A stretch of DNA of 64,000 bases from Owenia fusiformis (Eukaryota). Position numbers and translations under genes: made by a program. Below the pieces are notes generated by a model, which was not told the origin of the DNA, did not search any database, and was given only the letters and a program-made list of their open reading frames with translations. The stretch lies in contig CAIIXF020000001.1 of the NCBI GenBank assembly GCA_903813345.2, forward strand, positions 11,346,001 through 11,410,000, given 5' to 3'. Positions 25,901 through 37,574 of the stretch are shown here, piece by piece (position 1 is the first letter of the stretch; each line of letters opens with the position of its first letter).

Positions 25901-28900
25901 CAGATTTCCTGAGAAAAAGTAACAAAATATTTTTGAAACTGGATTAAAATTACCTTTGTCATTTTAGGGTGAATCAGGATCAGCCGGAAAAGATGGACGG
26001 CCAGGTGACAATGGACGACCAGGACCACAAGGCAACCCTGGACCACCAGGTCTCACTGGAGAACAAGGACACGAAGTAAGTTTATTTAGAAGTAAGACAG
26101 ATATACTGTAGTTGTATTGTAGCTGTACTGTAGTTAGTACTATAGAATGCCATTTCATGTTTTCTTTTTAATAGCAATACACACAGACTCAGTTATATCA
26201 CGTTTTATATTTGCTTAGGGTACACCCGGTAAAGATGGTGCCCCTGGTCTTCAAGGACGCCCAGGAGACAAAGGACCACCCGGCTCTGCAGGCAACCCAG
26301 GACCACAAGGTCTCCCAGGACCTCAGGGACCCCCAGGCGCAACCGGATCTGCTGGTTCTCCAGGAGCCCGTGGTGAGAACGGAGAACGTGGTCCAGCTGG
26401 TGTCCGAGGACCTCCAGGTGCTAGAGGCTCAGCAGGATCTCCTGGTGTACAGGGAGAGAAGGGTCAGCGTGGAGATAGAGGAAACAAGGGAGATAAGGGT
26501 TGGCAGGGTCTTCCAGGTCTCCAGGGTGTGACTGGTAACCCAGGTCCCCAGGGAGAGGATGGTCAACCAGGTCCACCTGGTCCAGCTGGTTCAAGAGTAT
26601 GTAAAACTCTCCAAATTCATTTGATAATATAAACTTGTGATGATAATACAATCTGAAATAATATTAAATTCTTCCGTTTTTTTGTACATTTATATATATA
26701 AATCATTAATGCGTTGTAGGGTCAACAAGGTAATCGTGGTCAACCAGGTCAAGCAGGATCTCCCGGACAACCAGGTTCCATTGGACCCCCTGGTCCCCGT
26801 GGTCCCGAGGGTAGCGACGGGCGCAATGGGCCACCAGGACCTCCAGGTCCACCAGGTCCCCCAGGTCCTCCAGGTGGTGATGCTGGATGGGGTGGAAACA
26901 TTTGGTCAAGACCAGGACCAAAAGGACCCGACCCACTTTTGGTATGTCTTCACTTGTATGTTTCTCCTCTCCACCATGCTGAAATTGATAAACTTAATAA
27001 AAACCATACAAGTTTGAATATATAAGCGCAAATGCCAAAGGGAACGGACCAAAAACTGTAAAGAAAGCTAGTAAAACTGGGGCGTTATTTGATGATTTAT
27101 TTATAGGGTGACGAAGCACCAAAGGATGTCTTTGAAGCCATGAATCGTCTTGAAAAGGCCATTGAAACAATTAGGAAACCCGATGGTACACAAAAAGCTC
27201 CAGCAAGAACCTGCAAAGATCTCGCCAACTCCAATCCCGAATTTGAAGATGGTAAGTATTACTAACCAATTATGTCCAAATGTAGTGCCTATCATCATGT
27301 TCATTGATGATATTCCAATGCATGTAATTGTCCTCTAAGTTGGATTTGATATGTTTTCATCATATATATTCTGTTGATTGTAGGTATGTACTGGATTGAT
27401 CCTAACCAGGGCAGCATTGCTGATGCCATCCAAGTGTGGTGTAATATTGGCGATTATGAGACTTGCATTCTGCCAAAACCAGAAGAGGTAAAAACTTTGC
27501 TACATTAAAATGAATATTTCATCATTTATTTTAATACTTTTGTCTTGTAATATATTCGCGATTCATTTTACTCCTAGCAACACTAGTAGATGGGTTAACT
27601 ACATTTGGACTTCATTGTATGATGCAAATGTCCCATTTGGCATGGAAGTTCCTTTGTGCAATAGAAATAAATTTATCCAAAGACACAAGCTAGATGGCGC
27701 TTTATATTGGAAATATACACATTTTTTAAAATGGCCGCCAAAAATTCATCAGAGACAATATATTTGATTCTGTGCATGCTACAAGTATAAGATTGGTGTC
27801 AAAAAATACAGCAATGTAGTCGTAGAATCTATTTTATTAGATCTTGAGTCTTGAAAATTAAGAACTTCCACTTTATATTCAAAATATATGCATTTTTCAA
27901 AATGGCTGCCAGAAATATAACAAAAAAGATATCTTCGCTTCTAAGCATGCTACAATGATAAGAGTGGTGTCTAAGTATACATTAATATTGGGTTGTAGAA
28001 TCCATTTAAATAGGTCTTTCTTAATAAGACTTTTCACTTTATAGGAAATTATGTATTTTTAAAAATGGCCACCAGAAATATAACAATGATGATATCCTCA
28101 CATCAGTGCATGCTACACTGATCCGATTGGTGTCAAAATTTTATATTTATGGGGTAGGAGAATCAATTTTATTAAGTCTTGTCAATCATCGGATACTTCT
28201 TCTGCAAACTATATCAACTGCGGCGTCCCTAAGGGATCCATCCTAGGTCCACTTTTATTTTTGATTTACATAAATGACTTACCCGATGATCTTTTTGGAA
28301 AGGCATTTATCTACGCTGATGAAACATCACTATATTACCCCTTCGATCCATCCGATCCTGACATGCATACTATCAATCATGATCTTAATATCATAACTAA
28401 CTGGTCTAAAAAATAGAAAGACAGAGGAAGTTATCTTTCAAAGCCAGCGCTGTGTATTTGCTACTCCGCCACCTTTAGCCAAACTTGGAAATGGGGAAAT
28501 TAAAAGGAATAATCTTCATAAGCATCTAGGGTATACTTTTGATTATCTTCTTTCTAACAAAAATCATATATATGACATTGTCAAGAGAGTACAAAAACTG
28601 CTTAATCCATTGAAGGCACTTACATCAAAAATTAACTCGAAACATTTGGAGACAATGTACAACTCATTCATAAGGCCTCATTTTGATTACGCAGACATTC
28701 TTTATCATTCATCAACTCAAGTACTGATCAATATCCCTAGCAATTTACATTATCAGGCTGCATTATTGTGTTCTGGGTGTCTCCATGGCTCTGATACAGG
28801 TAAAGTTATGGGGGTCTTAAACTGGTGCACACTATCCCAAAGGAGGGAACAACACATTCTTAACTTCATGTACAAAGTAATCAGAAACCAGGTACCTTCC

Positions 28901-31900
28901 TATGTATCTTCAATATTTGAAGAATTCAAAAATCCAGCTACCAGAAGAACAAGCAATACAGAGGTATACCAAATTCCTATAAGGTCAACTGCCCAATTTA
29001 TTAAATCCCCTATTCCTAATGCAATATCACTGTGAAACAAATTACCTTAACCTCTTTTAGAGTATGCCTTAAAATTTTCCCTACGATCATTCAAAAAAGA
29101 AAGTAATAAACACTATCTGCCCAAGAGAATAATGAGTTCAACGTCCCTGATTAATTTAACAGGGTCTCAAGAAATCACTCTCAACTGAGCTCGTGTTGAC
29201 TTATTTTTGAAAGCAAGACTTTTTGCACACCAATTTACATTTATAGACTCGGCTCATTGTTCTTGCGGCAAACCTGAAACACTAAAACATCTATTTTTCA
29301 AGTGTCCTCTATGCCAAATTAATAGGCATGCCCTGATGGAAGAGGTCAACAAAATCATTTTTATAATAAGATCAGCCAACTAACAAACATGGATGATAAA
29401 CTTAATTTTCATTTATATGGTGACGAGACATTATCCTTAGCAGAACTAAGTAGACTTCTTATCATCGTCAGCAATTTTCTCCATGACAACAAGACATAGC
29501 AAAGAGGTCTCATCTAAGCCCTGGAGAACTCATAATATATATCTTGTTTTTTACACATCTACTTGGCACAAACCGCTCTGGTCCCTGGGATACCCTTCAT
29601 GCACAGTCGTCCTCAAACAACTAAATACTATTCTTAATTTTTTACATGTAAGTGATGGCCAACCTATAATGCCAATATGGCGATTGGTGGCCGAAAATGT
29701 ATTGACTTTACTTCAATAAAGTTTATACTATAAAAAAATTATAGTTTTCACTTTATATTGGAAATATATGCAGCTGAAAATATAACAAAGATTGTATATT
29801 TGCTAACAAAGATTGTACCTTTGCTAACAAAGATTGTATCTTTGCTAATAAAGATTGTATCTTTGCTTACAAAAATTGTATATTTGCTAAAAGTTTCTTT
29901 ACTTCTGGGCATAATATTTCATAAAATTGGCTTCAAAATCTACATTTTTTTGGGAATGTAAAATCTATTTAATTACTCAGATGCAAGTAGGTAGTTACCA
30001 TTTTCCCCACCAGGTGGATAATTTGGGTGAAATAACGTTGCAGGGTATTACAAAGTTCCCTTAAACTTGAATATTCTTAATTTTTAGTGGTTCGCATTTC
30101 ATATTACTCTTTTGTATCTGATAGTTGTACAAATTAAAATATCTCCAGTTAAAGAAAATATTATCTGCACAACAAAAGATATTTCACTTTTTGTGTTTTA
30201 TAACATGGACTATGGGGAATCTCCCTGACCTAAATTTCACATTTTCGAAGAAAATTCTATTTTAAAGTTGATGGACTCATTTCAAAACCACATTTCTTGA
30301 TGTATTTTTTCATGACGATTCCAAATTCAACATCAGTTAAGTTAGACTGAATTTTGAATTTTAATGACAAAAATTGTTACTACTCGCATCTAGCAAATTG
30401 GATTATGAGTCTTAAAAATAATAGTTTTCGCCTTAACACAGCAAATGTGTATTTATCTTTCACATGTTCTTTTTACTCAAATTCACCAGAAAGACCAGTG
30501 TCTCTTTAAAAACTTGCAATAAACATGTATCTGCAATGATAGTGCAACTTTAGTTGTTGCAATGCAACATACATAAGAAAGAAATGTGATAGATACATGT
30601 AGAAACCACGCAGGACAGACATACATATGTACCTACATAGTTAGAAAGGGCCAGAAACCTTCTGGCGAGAGAAAATCTTGAAGATCGGAATAGATTTCAA
30701 GGGCTGCATATTATGACAGTATTGCAGAACCCTCTTCATCTCCTCTGACCAAATCATGGACGATGTCTCTGTTTACCGAGTCTTCCACTAATCCAACCAA
30801 CAAACTTTTAAGCTTGTTGTTGATTGGCAACCATTTTGAAAAATACATGTATGTATACACATACAGCACTGAATATTGTCATATTGGGAAAAATATTCTT
30901 ATTTTCTCATTTGAACAATTAAGAGATTGAGATTTTAAGATTTTAAACGGTAATATGCCTCACCATGAGTACTTCCTGGCCATAGTTTCCGTCATCGCAA
31001 ATTGATATTCAAAATTACACTTTCAAACTATTCTACTTTTGAAGAAGTTTAAGAGCCCTTGTTAGATATACTTTTTTGTAATATTTTCCACACCATTGAA
31101 AAAAAGGCGTTATTTTCAATAAAAAGTGAAAATGTTTGTTAACTAATAGACATACAGTACAATATCAGAATTTCCGCTGATTTAAACATTTTGGTGACCA
31201 TTTAGTCAATGAATGCTAAAAATTATATTTAGACAATAAAAAAAATTGAGATCTAACTTAATATAATGTAGCCATACCTTGACGACATATCTAGTAAGTA
31301 ATAGCTAATCAACTCCTTCTCTGGGACATTTCGAATTTTCTGAGGCATTAATCATAAAATTAACACAATCTTCAATTTAATTGAGTACATATGGCCGGCC
31401 ATACTTTGAAGGAATCTGACAATAATTGCAAAATCATACATTCTGTAAGACAGACGAAGAACTGACAGACTGGCGGACGGAGGGCTTCACTATATTCCCA
31501 CTGAACTTTCTTCGTTGGGAAAATAAAGACTATAAACCTTATTAAATGAGTTCTACCACCCATTAATGTATACTTGGACATCAATCTTACTATTGTAGCA
31601 TGCATACACGTGAAGATATCATCTTTGTTACATCTCTGGCAGTCATTTTGAAAAAGGCATAATTTTTTGATATAAAGAGGAAGTTCCTAATTTTCAAGAC
31701 TCAAACCCATACTAAATTTATTCTTCACCCACAAATGTATATTTAGGCACCAATCGTATCATTATAGTATGCATAGAAGAAAATATATTGTCTCCGTTGT
31801 ATTTTTGGTGGCCATGTTGAAAAATTTGAATATTTCCAATATAAAGCACCATCTGGCGTGTGTCTTTGGATAAATTTGATTCTATGGTCCTAAGGTACTC

Positions 31901-33057
31901 TCGCGTCAAAGGAAACATTTGCATCATAGATTGAAGTCAAGACCCCCTAAAATGCAGTTAACCCATCTACTACACCGGAACTTATATTGATACATTCTAT
32001 GTTCAGTTGCGAAAGACCCGATTATAACTTATAGCTAAATTTATGACTTTTCCATTCATGAAACGGGTACTTTTGGTATTTTTCTAATATTCCAATCATA
32101 TTAAGTATTCTTATTTAAAAGGTATTGAATTTTTATTGGCCTTTTAGTTTATTATGGTCATTTTTCATAGTCGTTTTCAAACAATGGCAATTGTTCTTTC
32201 TCAGGTACACCGTGGAACATGGTACGAAGGTCCAAGCCGACATGTTTGGTTCGGAGAAGAGATGAACGATGGATTTACAGTAAGTTCGATCTTTCGGCAA
32301 CGATATAAAGTATATGTCATTTAAACAAAATTGAATAACTTTAAAAGAATACACAGCTATAGAGACACTTCTATAAAGGAGTCATCTAAATGTCTCACTA
32401 AATCAAAATTTTATTCATCGTAAGTACAAATATGATATTTGAAGTAAAGCCTTGTAGTGCTACTTTGACAAACCACCAATGATGCAAACAATCCTCAAGT
32501 CAGTTATTTTGTTTTTTCAGTTCTCTTATAAAACAGACAGGGTCCAACTGACCTTCCTGCAAATTCTCAGTGAAACTGCCTACCAGAATATCACATACGT
32601 ATGTAAGAACTCAGTTGCCTACCTTGATGCTTCCACTGGAGAGTATGACAAATCACTTAAGCTTATGACATATAACGATCTAGAGTTGGTCGGAACAGAA
32701 CCCGTCAAATTCAGATACAGTGTAAAGGAGGATGAATGCCAGGTAAGACTACACGCACATGAAATTACAAATGATATGAACGATAATGCTGCCAAAGAAT
32801 AACCAAGCGTTGCTAGCCAAGCCACAAACAAATGTCTCAAATAATTTTCATACATTACAGAGGTACAGGTGCCATAGAGAAATAAAATATGCATGTTTTT
32901 ATGATTTCAGTACAAGAAGAATAGCTGGGGTAAAACAGTATTTGAGATATCAACTAGTAAAACTCAAAGACTTCCAATCACCGATGTTGCTCCATTTGAC
33001 ATCGGACAGGCCGACCAAGCATTCGGACTTGTACTTGGCCCAGTTTGCTTCTCATGA
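7815..33057 (+). CDS. Fibrillar collagen pro-alpha chain (clade A-like: VWC + minor helix + N-telopeptide + 1014-aa Gly-X-Y helix + COLFI C-propeptide); 5' signal-peptide exon not located
   Basis: GT-AG exons read by eye. N-terminal: 7815-7997 (VWC), 8145-8164, 8677-8715, 8905-8958, 9191-9259, [10115-10210 | 10502-10603]. Helix: 11079-11123, 12133-12186, 12387-12440, 13076-13129, 13454-13507 (GPKGHR), 13697-13795, 14075-14128, 14292-14390, 14565-14708, 14970-15068, 15160-15429, 15540-15584, [15819-15872 | 16086-16139], 16908-17006, 17259-17366, 17619-17672, [18123-18221 | 18418-18516 | 18759-18857], 20072-20170, 20411-20464, 20710-20763, 21269-21322, [21465-21680 | 21740-21955], 22793-22846, 23032-23193, 23478-23585, [23844-23951 | 24016-24123], 25968-26075, 26219-26596, 26720-26941. 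C-propeptide: 27107-27251, 27384-27487, 32205-32279, 32521-32742, 32911-33057 (ends LGPVCFS*). Helix exons are phase 0 and are 45/54/99/108 nt or sums of these, typical of fibrillar collagens. Confidence 0.96.
10115..10210 (+). CDS. Collagen N-telopeptide exon, variant A (putative mutually exclusive)
   Basis: 96 nt, phase 0-0, [32 protein letters not shown]; atag acceptor, gtacca donor; paralogous to 10502-10603. Confidence 0.82.
10502..10603 (+). CDS. Collagen N-telopeptide exon, variant B (putative mutually exclusive)
   Basis: 102 nt (96 nt if the second CAG at 10505-10507 is the acceptor), [34 protein letters not shown]; weak gttggg donor. Confidence 0.8.
12853..13014. mobile_element. Palindromic MITE, copy 1 (left end truncated)
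   Basis: aactttcggctgtcggctatcggattaac...gttaatccggtagccgacagccgaaagtt is self-complementary; closely similar copy at 25616-25799. Confidence 0.8.
15819..15872 (+). CDS. Collagen helix 54-nt exon, variant A (vertebrate exon 24 position)
   Basis: [18 protein letters not shown]; gtag acceptor, gtagac donor. Confidence 0.88.
16086..16139 (+). CDS. Collagen helix 54-nt exon, variant B (vertebrate exon 24 position)
   Basis: [18 protein letters not shown]; atag acceptor, gtaagt donor. Confidence 0.88.
18123..18221 (+). CDS. Collagen helix 99-nt exon, variant A (vertebrate exons 29+30 position)
   Basis: [33 protein letters not shown]; gtgagt donor. Confidence 0.9.
18418..18516 (+). CDS. Collagen helix 99-nt exon, variant B
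   Basis: [33 protein letters not shown]; gtatgt donor. Confidence 0.9.
18759..18857 (+). CDS. Collagen helix 99-nt exon, variant C
   Basis: [33 protein letters not shown]; gtgagt donor. Confidence 0.9.
21465..21680 (+). CDS. Collagen helix 216-nt exon, variant A (contains Gly->Ala interruption)
   Basis: [72 protein letters not shown]. Confidence 0.92.
21740..21955 (+). CDS. Collagen helix 216-nt exon, variant B (same Gly->Ala interruption)
   Basis: [72 protein letters not shown]; only 59 nt downstream of variant A. Confidence 0.92.
23844..23951 (+). CDS. Collagen helix 108-nt exon, variant A (vertebrate exon 41 position)
   Basis: [36 protein letters not shown]. Confidence 0.9.
24016..24123 (+). 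CDS. Collagen helix 108-nt exon, variant B (vertebrate exon 41 position)
   Basis: [36 protein letters not shown]; 64 nt downstream of variant A. Confidence 0.9.
25616..25799. mobile_element. Palindromic MITE, copy 2 (full length)
   Basis: agcttgtattcgcgaatgcaa...ttgcattcgcaaatgcaagct termini; the whole element folds back; same family as 12853-13014. Confidence 0.82.
27107..33057 (+). CDS. Collagen C-propeptide (COLFI) exons
   Basis: Five exons giving ...PARTCKDL...MYWIDPNQG...VWCN...ETCILP...HVWFGEEM...[23 protein letters not shown]...DECQ...WGKTVFE...[13 protein letters not shown]...LGPVCFS*. Confidence 0.95.
28185..29738 (+). mobile_element. 5'-truncated, degenerate non-LTR retrotransposon (LINE, CR1/L2-like reverse transcriptase)
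   Basis: Translates [24 protein letters not shown]...IYADET (RT motifs), KHLGYTFD, and ORF 28610-29035 ([17 protein letters not shown]...RREQH); stops and frameshifts present; ends AATAAA...A-rich tail near 29738. Start boundary approximate. Confidence 0.88.
29783..29890. repeat. 21-bp tandem repeat (~5 copies)
   Basis: taacaaagattgtatatttgc unit repeated with variants. Confidence 0.85.
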
Positions 33058-34461
33058 AGAAATAACTAGGTCATTCTCAAACATTCATCTCATACAAAAG
33101 TTGCTTCTTAGATATATAGGCAACAAACATTTTACCATGAGAAACACGAAAGCATTTAAAAATGTGCATTTATAGGTTCCTATCTATGTAAATATTTGCT
33201 CACTGCTACGTAGAGTTATATTTTCAGTTTTGTGTAGGCTAGAATCAAGCCATAGTTTTGACATATAGAGTATTGGCGTCCTTATAATGGACACAGAGGA
33301 GCAAATATGTACACGGTTAGGGTAGAATTAAAACAATTTAAAACGACCAACCAGCTAGGAGAGGAGACTCCTTTCACTTGCAGGATGACGTTCTCCTACC
33401 TTACCAAGAAATGTAGGAGATTGAACCCCTGTATATGTGGCTATCATCCCGACCCCACACAGGAGGTCGGTTGATGTCCAACAGGCAAAGCCATGAGGGG
33501 GTTTCCTCCCTGGTTTAAAAATCGTCGACAACCAGTCGAACTTAAAGCACTTGTGATAATCTAGCTCAAACTGCCCTATTAGATATTATTTTGTATTTGA
33601 TGTATTTTATCGTTTTTCTGATTTCAAATTGGTGCTGAAGATGTAATGAGTTTATACAAAATGATTTGAATCTTACTATTTACTTACAACCATGATGTAT
33701 CATGCAATTAGAGACAGGACAAACATTCAAAAACAGTGTATTGAAAATACTTTCTCATATAGTCAAACGACAATCCCAAGGATATTCTTCTAATTGATGC
33801 AACGCTCAATTCATTCATTTGCTTTATTCTTAAGAATGGGCCCTACAATGAATATAATAAAATAGGTATGTTGACAACTCTTTATCCAGCAGTTCCCCTG
33901 ATGAATCTTCATCTTGACCTCCAAACAGTAAGTCTTGTTCTCTATTGCTTGAACCATGGAAATGTATTACTGTATGTAGTTGCAAACAAATAAACATATG
34001 GTAAATACCAAGTTTGAATTGTCTGTTAATCACTGTACCATTGACGTTTCAACATACAGAATTCAAATACTATATACGTACATAAAGAACATCGGTGCTC
34101 TTGTTGAGATCACTCAATCTGTCATTTTCTTATGTAACGTCTGATGGGATCAAGGTTTTCAATGTAGATTTGCGCATATATACACGTAATGTTTCCTATT
34201 TTGTTTTGGCATCATATTTTTATGTCTCCACCAATTAGCCTTCACCTTTGTGTGATCAGAGTCCTTAAAACATATGACAATTTAATTGAAATGTGGCTTT
34301 AACCAAGGTGTGATCAGCAGGCATAAAGTTCATAACGCCAAAATTATTCTGTAACATTATTCTGTAATGAAATTCCATATTTTGTAGATTCCTGATTCAA
34401 TCCACCTTTTACATGAATCCAATCCACTCAACCAATCCATATTTTAATGTTTACCAATGCC

Positions 34462-34643
34462 AATAAAAATGTTACAAGTGATTCAAGTTTTGGGCAATAT
34501 ATGTTACCATGTCAACAGATTATGGGACTTGAAACACTTCTCACATTTGCAATTCAGATGACTTGAAAGTCATACTTTGAACAATGAACACTAAAGACAT
34601 CTCCCGATTTTAGGCGAAATTGCTTACCATAGCAATGAATAAA
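34462..34643 (+). promoter_or_regulatory. Candidate polyadenylation signals of the collagen gene
   Basis: AATAAA at 34462 and 34638, about 1.4-1.6 kb after the stop and before the convergent gene; no transcript support. Confidence 0.35.
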
Positions 34644-35315
34644 GGAGCTTAGACAGGTTGCAACCATCTTAGAATACCTTGTTTTAGATGTTTAATGTAT
34701 TATTCGATTTTACTCTGGCACAACCATGACTCCATAAAAGGAAAACAATATATTTGATGTAAGAGCGACAAAACTTTTGAAGGACATTCCTCACAAGCAT
34801 GTTGATGTCCAGCTTGATATGGTTGCTATATAAAGAATCATAAACTAAATATGATAAATATTTAAACCGAATAACCATTAAAATGTATTCAATTCAACTG
34901 TGTTGCCACCTTGAAATATACACAGAATGGAGTTATGTCATCGATTCTTACATATAACAGTTTAGTGAAAAACTCAAAACAGCTAATGAAATTCGTGTAT
35001 GGCCACAAAAAAATGTATTCTGTATACTTTGATAAGCATTGGGTGCTCTTTGATGAGACATTTCCGTTATAACAACCGATGACACAACTTTTCAAAGTTG
35101 CCATTTCGCCTTTCAAAGATCTCCACGTCACATTAGAGGTAATATGAAACATGCATATAATCAAACATGCTATTTTAGTATTAATTTTTCTGAATAAACT
35201 TGTGTACAAGCTATCCCAGAAAAGAATGAATAAGTTTCTCTTGAAGAAAGATGCTTTTATTAAAATATTCAATATCATTTTTGATCAAATAATTTATTAA
35301 ATTTCTATTTGAAAG

Positions 35316-37105
35316 TCATTCAGAATCCGTGTCAGATTCTGTTTTTGATCTTGTAGAAACGCACAGATTCCTTCTGAGGAACGACCTAATTGCGTTCCGC
35401 TTGGTTTTTTCCTCAAGTGACACTTTTTCGGTTATCTCGACTGTTTCTGTTCCCCCAATTTGGCCGCCTTGTGCTTCCATGTCGGCAATATCATTTTCAC
35501 TGTTGGCATACCTATCTGCATAAGTGTCAATATAAGTATCAGTTTCGTACGCATCGTCAATGTTATGAAAATTCTCAACCTCGGAGTCGTTTTCATTATC
35601 TTCGTCGTCTTCATTATTCTCTTTATCATCGTCTTCGTCATCGTCTTCATTATTCTCTTCATCATGGCCTTTGTCATCGTCTTCATTATTCGCTTCATCA
35701 TCGTCTTCGTCATCGTCTTCATTATTCTCTTCATCATCGTTTTCGTCATCGTCTTCATTATTCTCTTCATCATCGTATTCGTCATCGTCTTCATTATTCA
35801 TTTTATCATCATCTTCGTCATCGTCTTCAATATTCTCTTCATCATCGTATTCGTCATCGTCTTCATTATTCGCTTCATCATCGTCTTCGTCGTCGTCTTC
35901 ATTTATCTCTTCATCATCGTCTTCGTCATCGTCTTCATTATTTTTGTCATCATCGTCTTCGTCATCGTCTTCATTATTCTCTTCATCATCGTATTCGTCA
36001 TCGTATTCATTATTCATTTTATCATCGTTTTCGTCATCGTCTTCATTATTCTCTTCATCATCGTCTTCGTCATCGTTTTCATTATTCTCTTCATTGTTGT
36101 TAAGGTTCATCCTGAGTTTAATATAGATAAGTCGTGTCACTGCGTATTTACAGAAGGATTTGTAGATTTTATCGAAATCTGTCAAATTTGGGCGATACTT
36201 TAATTCCAGCTGTAAAAATACATTGTGCTATATGTATTTTGCATACAACGATCACATTTTCAATTTTCTGAAAAGTGCTGGTCATTTTAAAAGCAATAAA
36301 ACGTACTTTGACTATTCGTATTTACGATTATTTGATTAACAATTCAACCTGAACGTACAACTTTGTTCCGGAAGTGCGAGATGAAGGCATCTATTGTGAC
36401 ACCATCACAATATGTAGCAGAATGTTCGTTTGTATTCATATCTAGGGATGATGGTCTTCCCCAATTTCTAGGCACTACCAAAGTACCGCCGGAAACAAAC
36501 ATTTTGTATATGTCGTTATGGTTGGAGGGAATGGTCGCAGTGCTGGATGGTTCGGACTCATGCCTTCTTTTAAAAGCTCTATTAAAAATTGCATAAGAAG
36601 TATTACCAGATCGTCTTGCAATGTCCGATTGGGTCGTAGAAATAGCGCCATGTCCCATGTATCTACGGAACAAACTAGATAAATTTGCCCGATGATTTGC
36701 CACGTCTCTTGATGTTTCGGGGCTATACGTTCCTTCTCTGCGATTTCCGTAGCTTTGTGGAGCTCGATATGGAACATTCGTAAATCTTGATACGTCAATT
36801 GCGTCTATATTCAACTCTGCTGATCCGGCTGACGAGTCTTCTACCTCTTCGCTTGATATAGAAGTGGTATCTTCATTATCATAATGAGGCAAATTGTAGT
36901 TAAACTCGCCCTCTTCAATTGGCATTGAGGGGGTATCTTCATTATCATAATGAGGCAAATTGTAGTTTAACTCGGAGGCTGAAAATGTGGCGCCTCGTCC
37001 TCTTGGGTTGTACTCTTCGGATTGGTCTGGAAAATTGTAAATACCTAAATTCAAGGTCCATTTTCTCAAATTGAATCTTTTGATCGTTAAAGCTCTTAAA
37101 CACAT
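35316..37105 (-). CDS. Orphan protein with long Asp/Glu/Asn-rich repeat; probably one spliced gene
   Basis: Two long stop-free ORFs (36344-37105, 35316-36185) can be joined in frame by a 149-nt GT-AG intron (36358-36210: RNKV|gtacgt...tttttacag|LELKYRPNLTDF); TATAAAAG upstream, AATAAA downstream on the minus strand. No family recognised. Confidence 0.55.
35595..36100 (-). repeat. Coding ~36-bp tandem repeat encoding (NNEDDDEDDDEE)n
   Basis: tcatcatcgtcttcgtcatcgtcttcattattctct unit, about 13 degenerate copies. Confidence 0.92.
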
Positions 37106-37207
37106 TCTTTTTTCACTTATAAAAATCGATATTGGATTATTTTAAAAACGAGTAACGTTTTCATAAAATTTCCTTCGAAAATCTGCATCTTTGTTATGCC
37201 TTCTTCC

Positions 37208-37215
37208 CTTTTATA
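37208..37215 (-). promoter_or_regulatory. Candidate TATA box of the acidic orphan gene
   Basis: TATAAAAG on the minus strand about 100 bp upstream of the ATG at 37105. Confidence 0.35.
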
Positions 37216-37369
37216 AAGATCACTTCTAGCATTTTACACTATGTATAGTTTGCCAGACTATGTCTTGAAAGACTGTAATAATCTCGGCCGTAACAACAGT
37301 TTCCTCCCAGCCCTTGATGATTTCAAGGCAACAAGTTGATACCTTCTACTACCCAGATCACATTATCTA

Positions 37370-37574
37370 CAGGCCCGTAGCCGGGGGAGTTCGAGACCCC
37401 CCCCCCCCCTCCCCCTGGCCAAAATTCTTTCAAAATCATGCAGTTTTTCACCATTTTGAGCACTTTTTATGTGATTTTGGTCAATTTTGGCCAAAGTTCT
37501 CAGAAGTGAACCTGGAATTTTTAAAAAGTGACCGGGTGTCACTTTGCCCTTGGCAAATCCTGGCTAGGGGTCTG
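37370..37574. mobile_element. Small TIR element (hAT-like MITE)
   Basis: CAGGCCCGTAGCC ... GGCTAGGGGTCTG imperfect termini; no clean 8-bp target-site duplication. Confidence 0.45.

Larger units (their letters stand above)
27586..31970. mobile_element. Long-TIR (foldback-like) non-autonomous DNA transposon in a collagen intron, TA-flanked, with subterminal tandem subrepeats
   Basis: TA|GTAGATGGGTTAACTACATT at 27584 versus AATGCAGTTAACCCATCTAC|TA ending 31972; imperfect inverted similarity continues several hundred bp; arms contain ~140-bp subrepeats (aaaatggcygcca). Confidence 0.78.

Noticed and set aside
15113-27017. ORF-track proteins overlapping collagen exons (e.g. 15113-15433, 21458-21661, 26211-26531)
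   Set aside because: Off-frame or antisense readings of GC-rich Gly-X-Y exons.
35390-36203. Plus-strand His/Arg-rich, Ile/Phe/Val-rich and poly-Ser ORFs
   Set aside because: Shadow frames of the acidic tandem repeat, open only because the repeat lacks stops.
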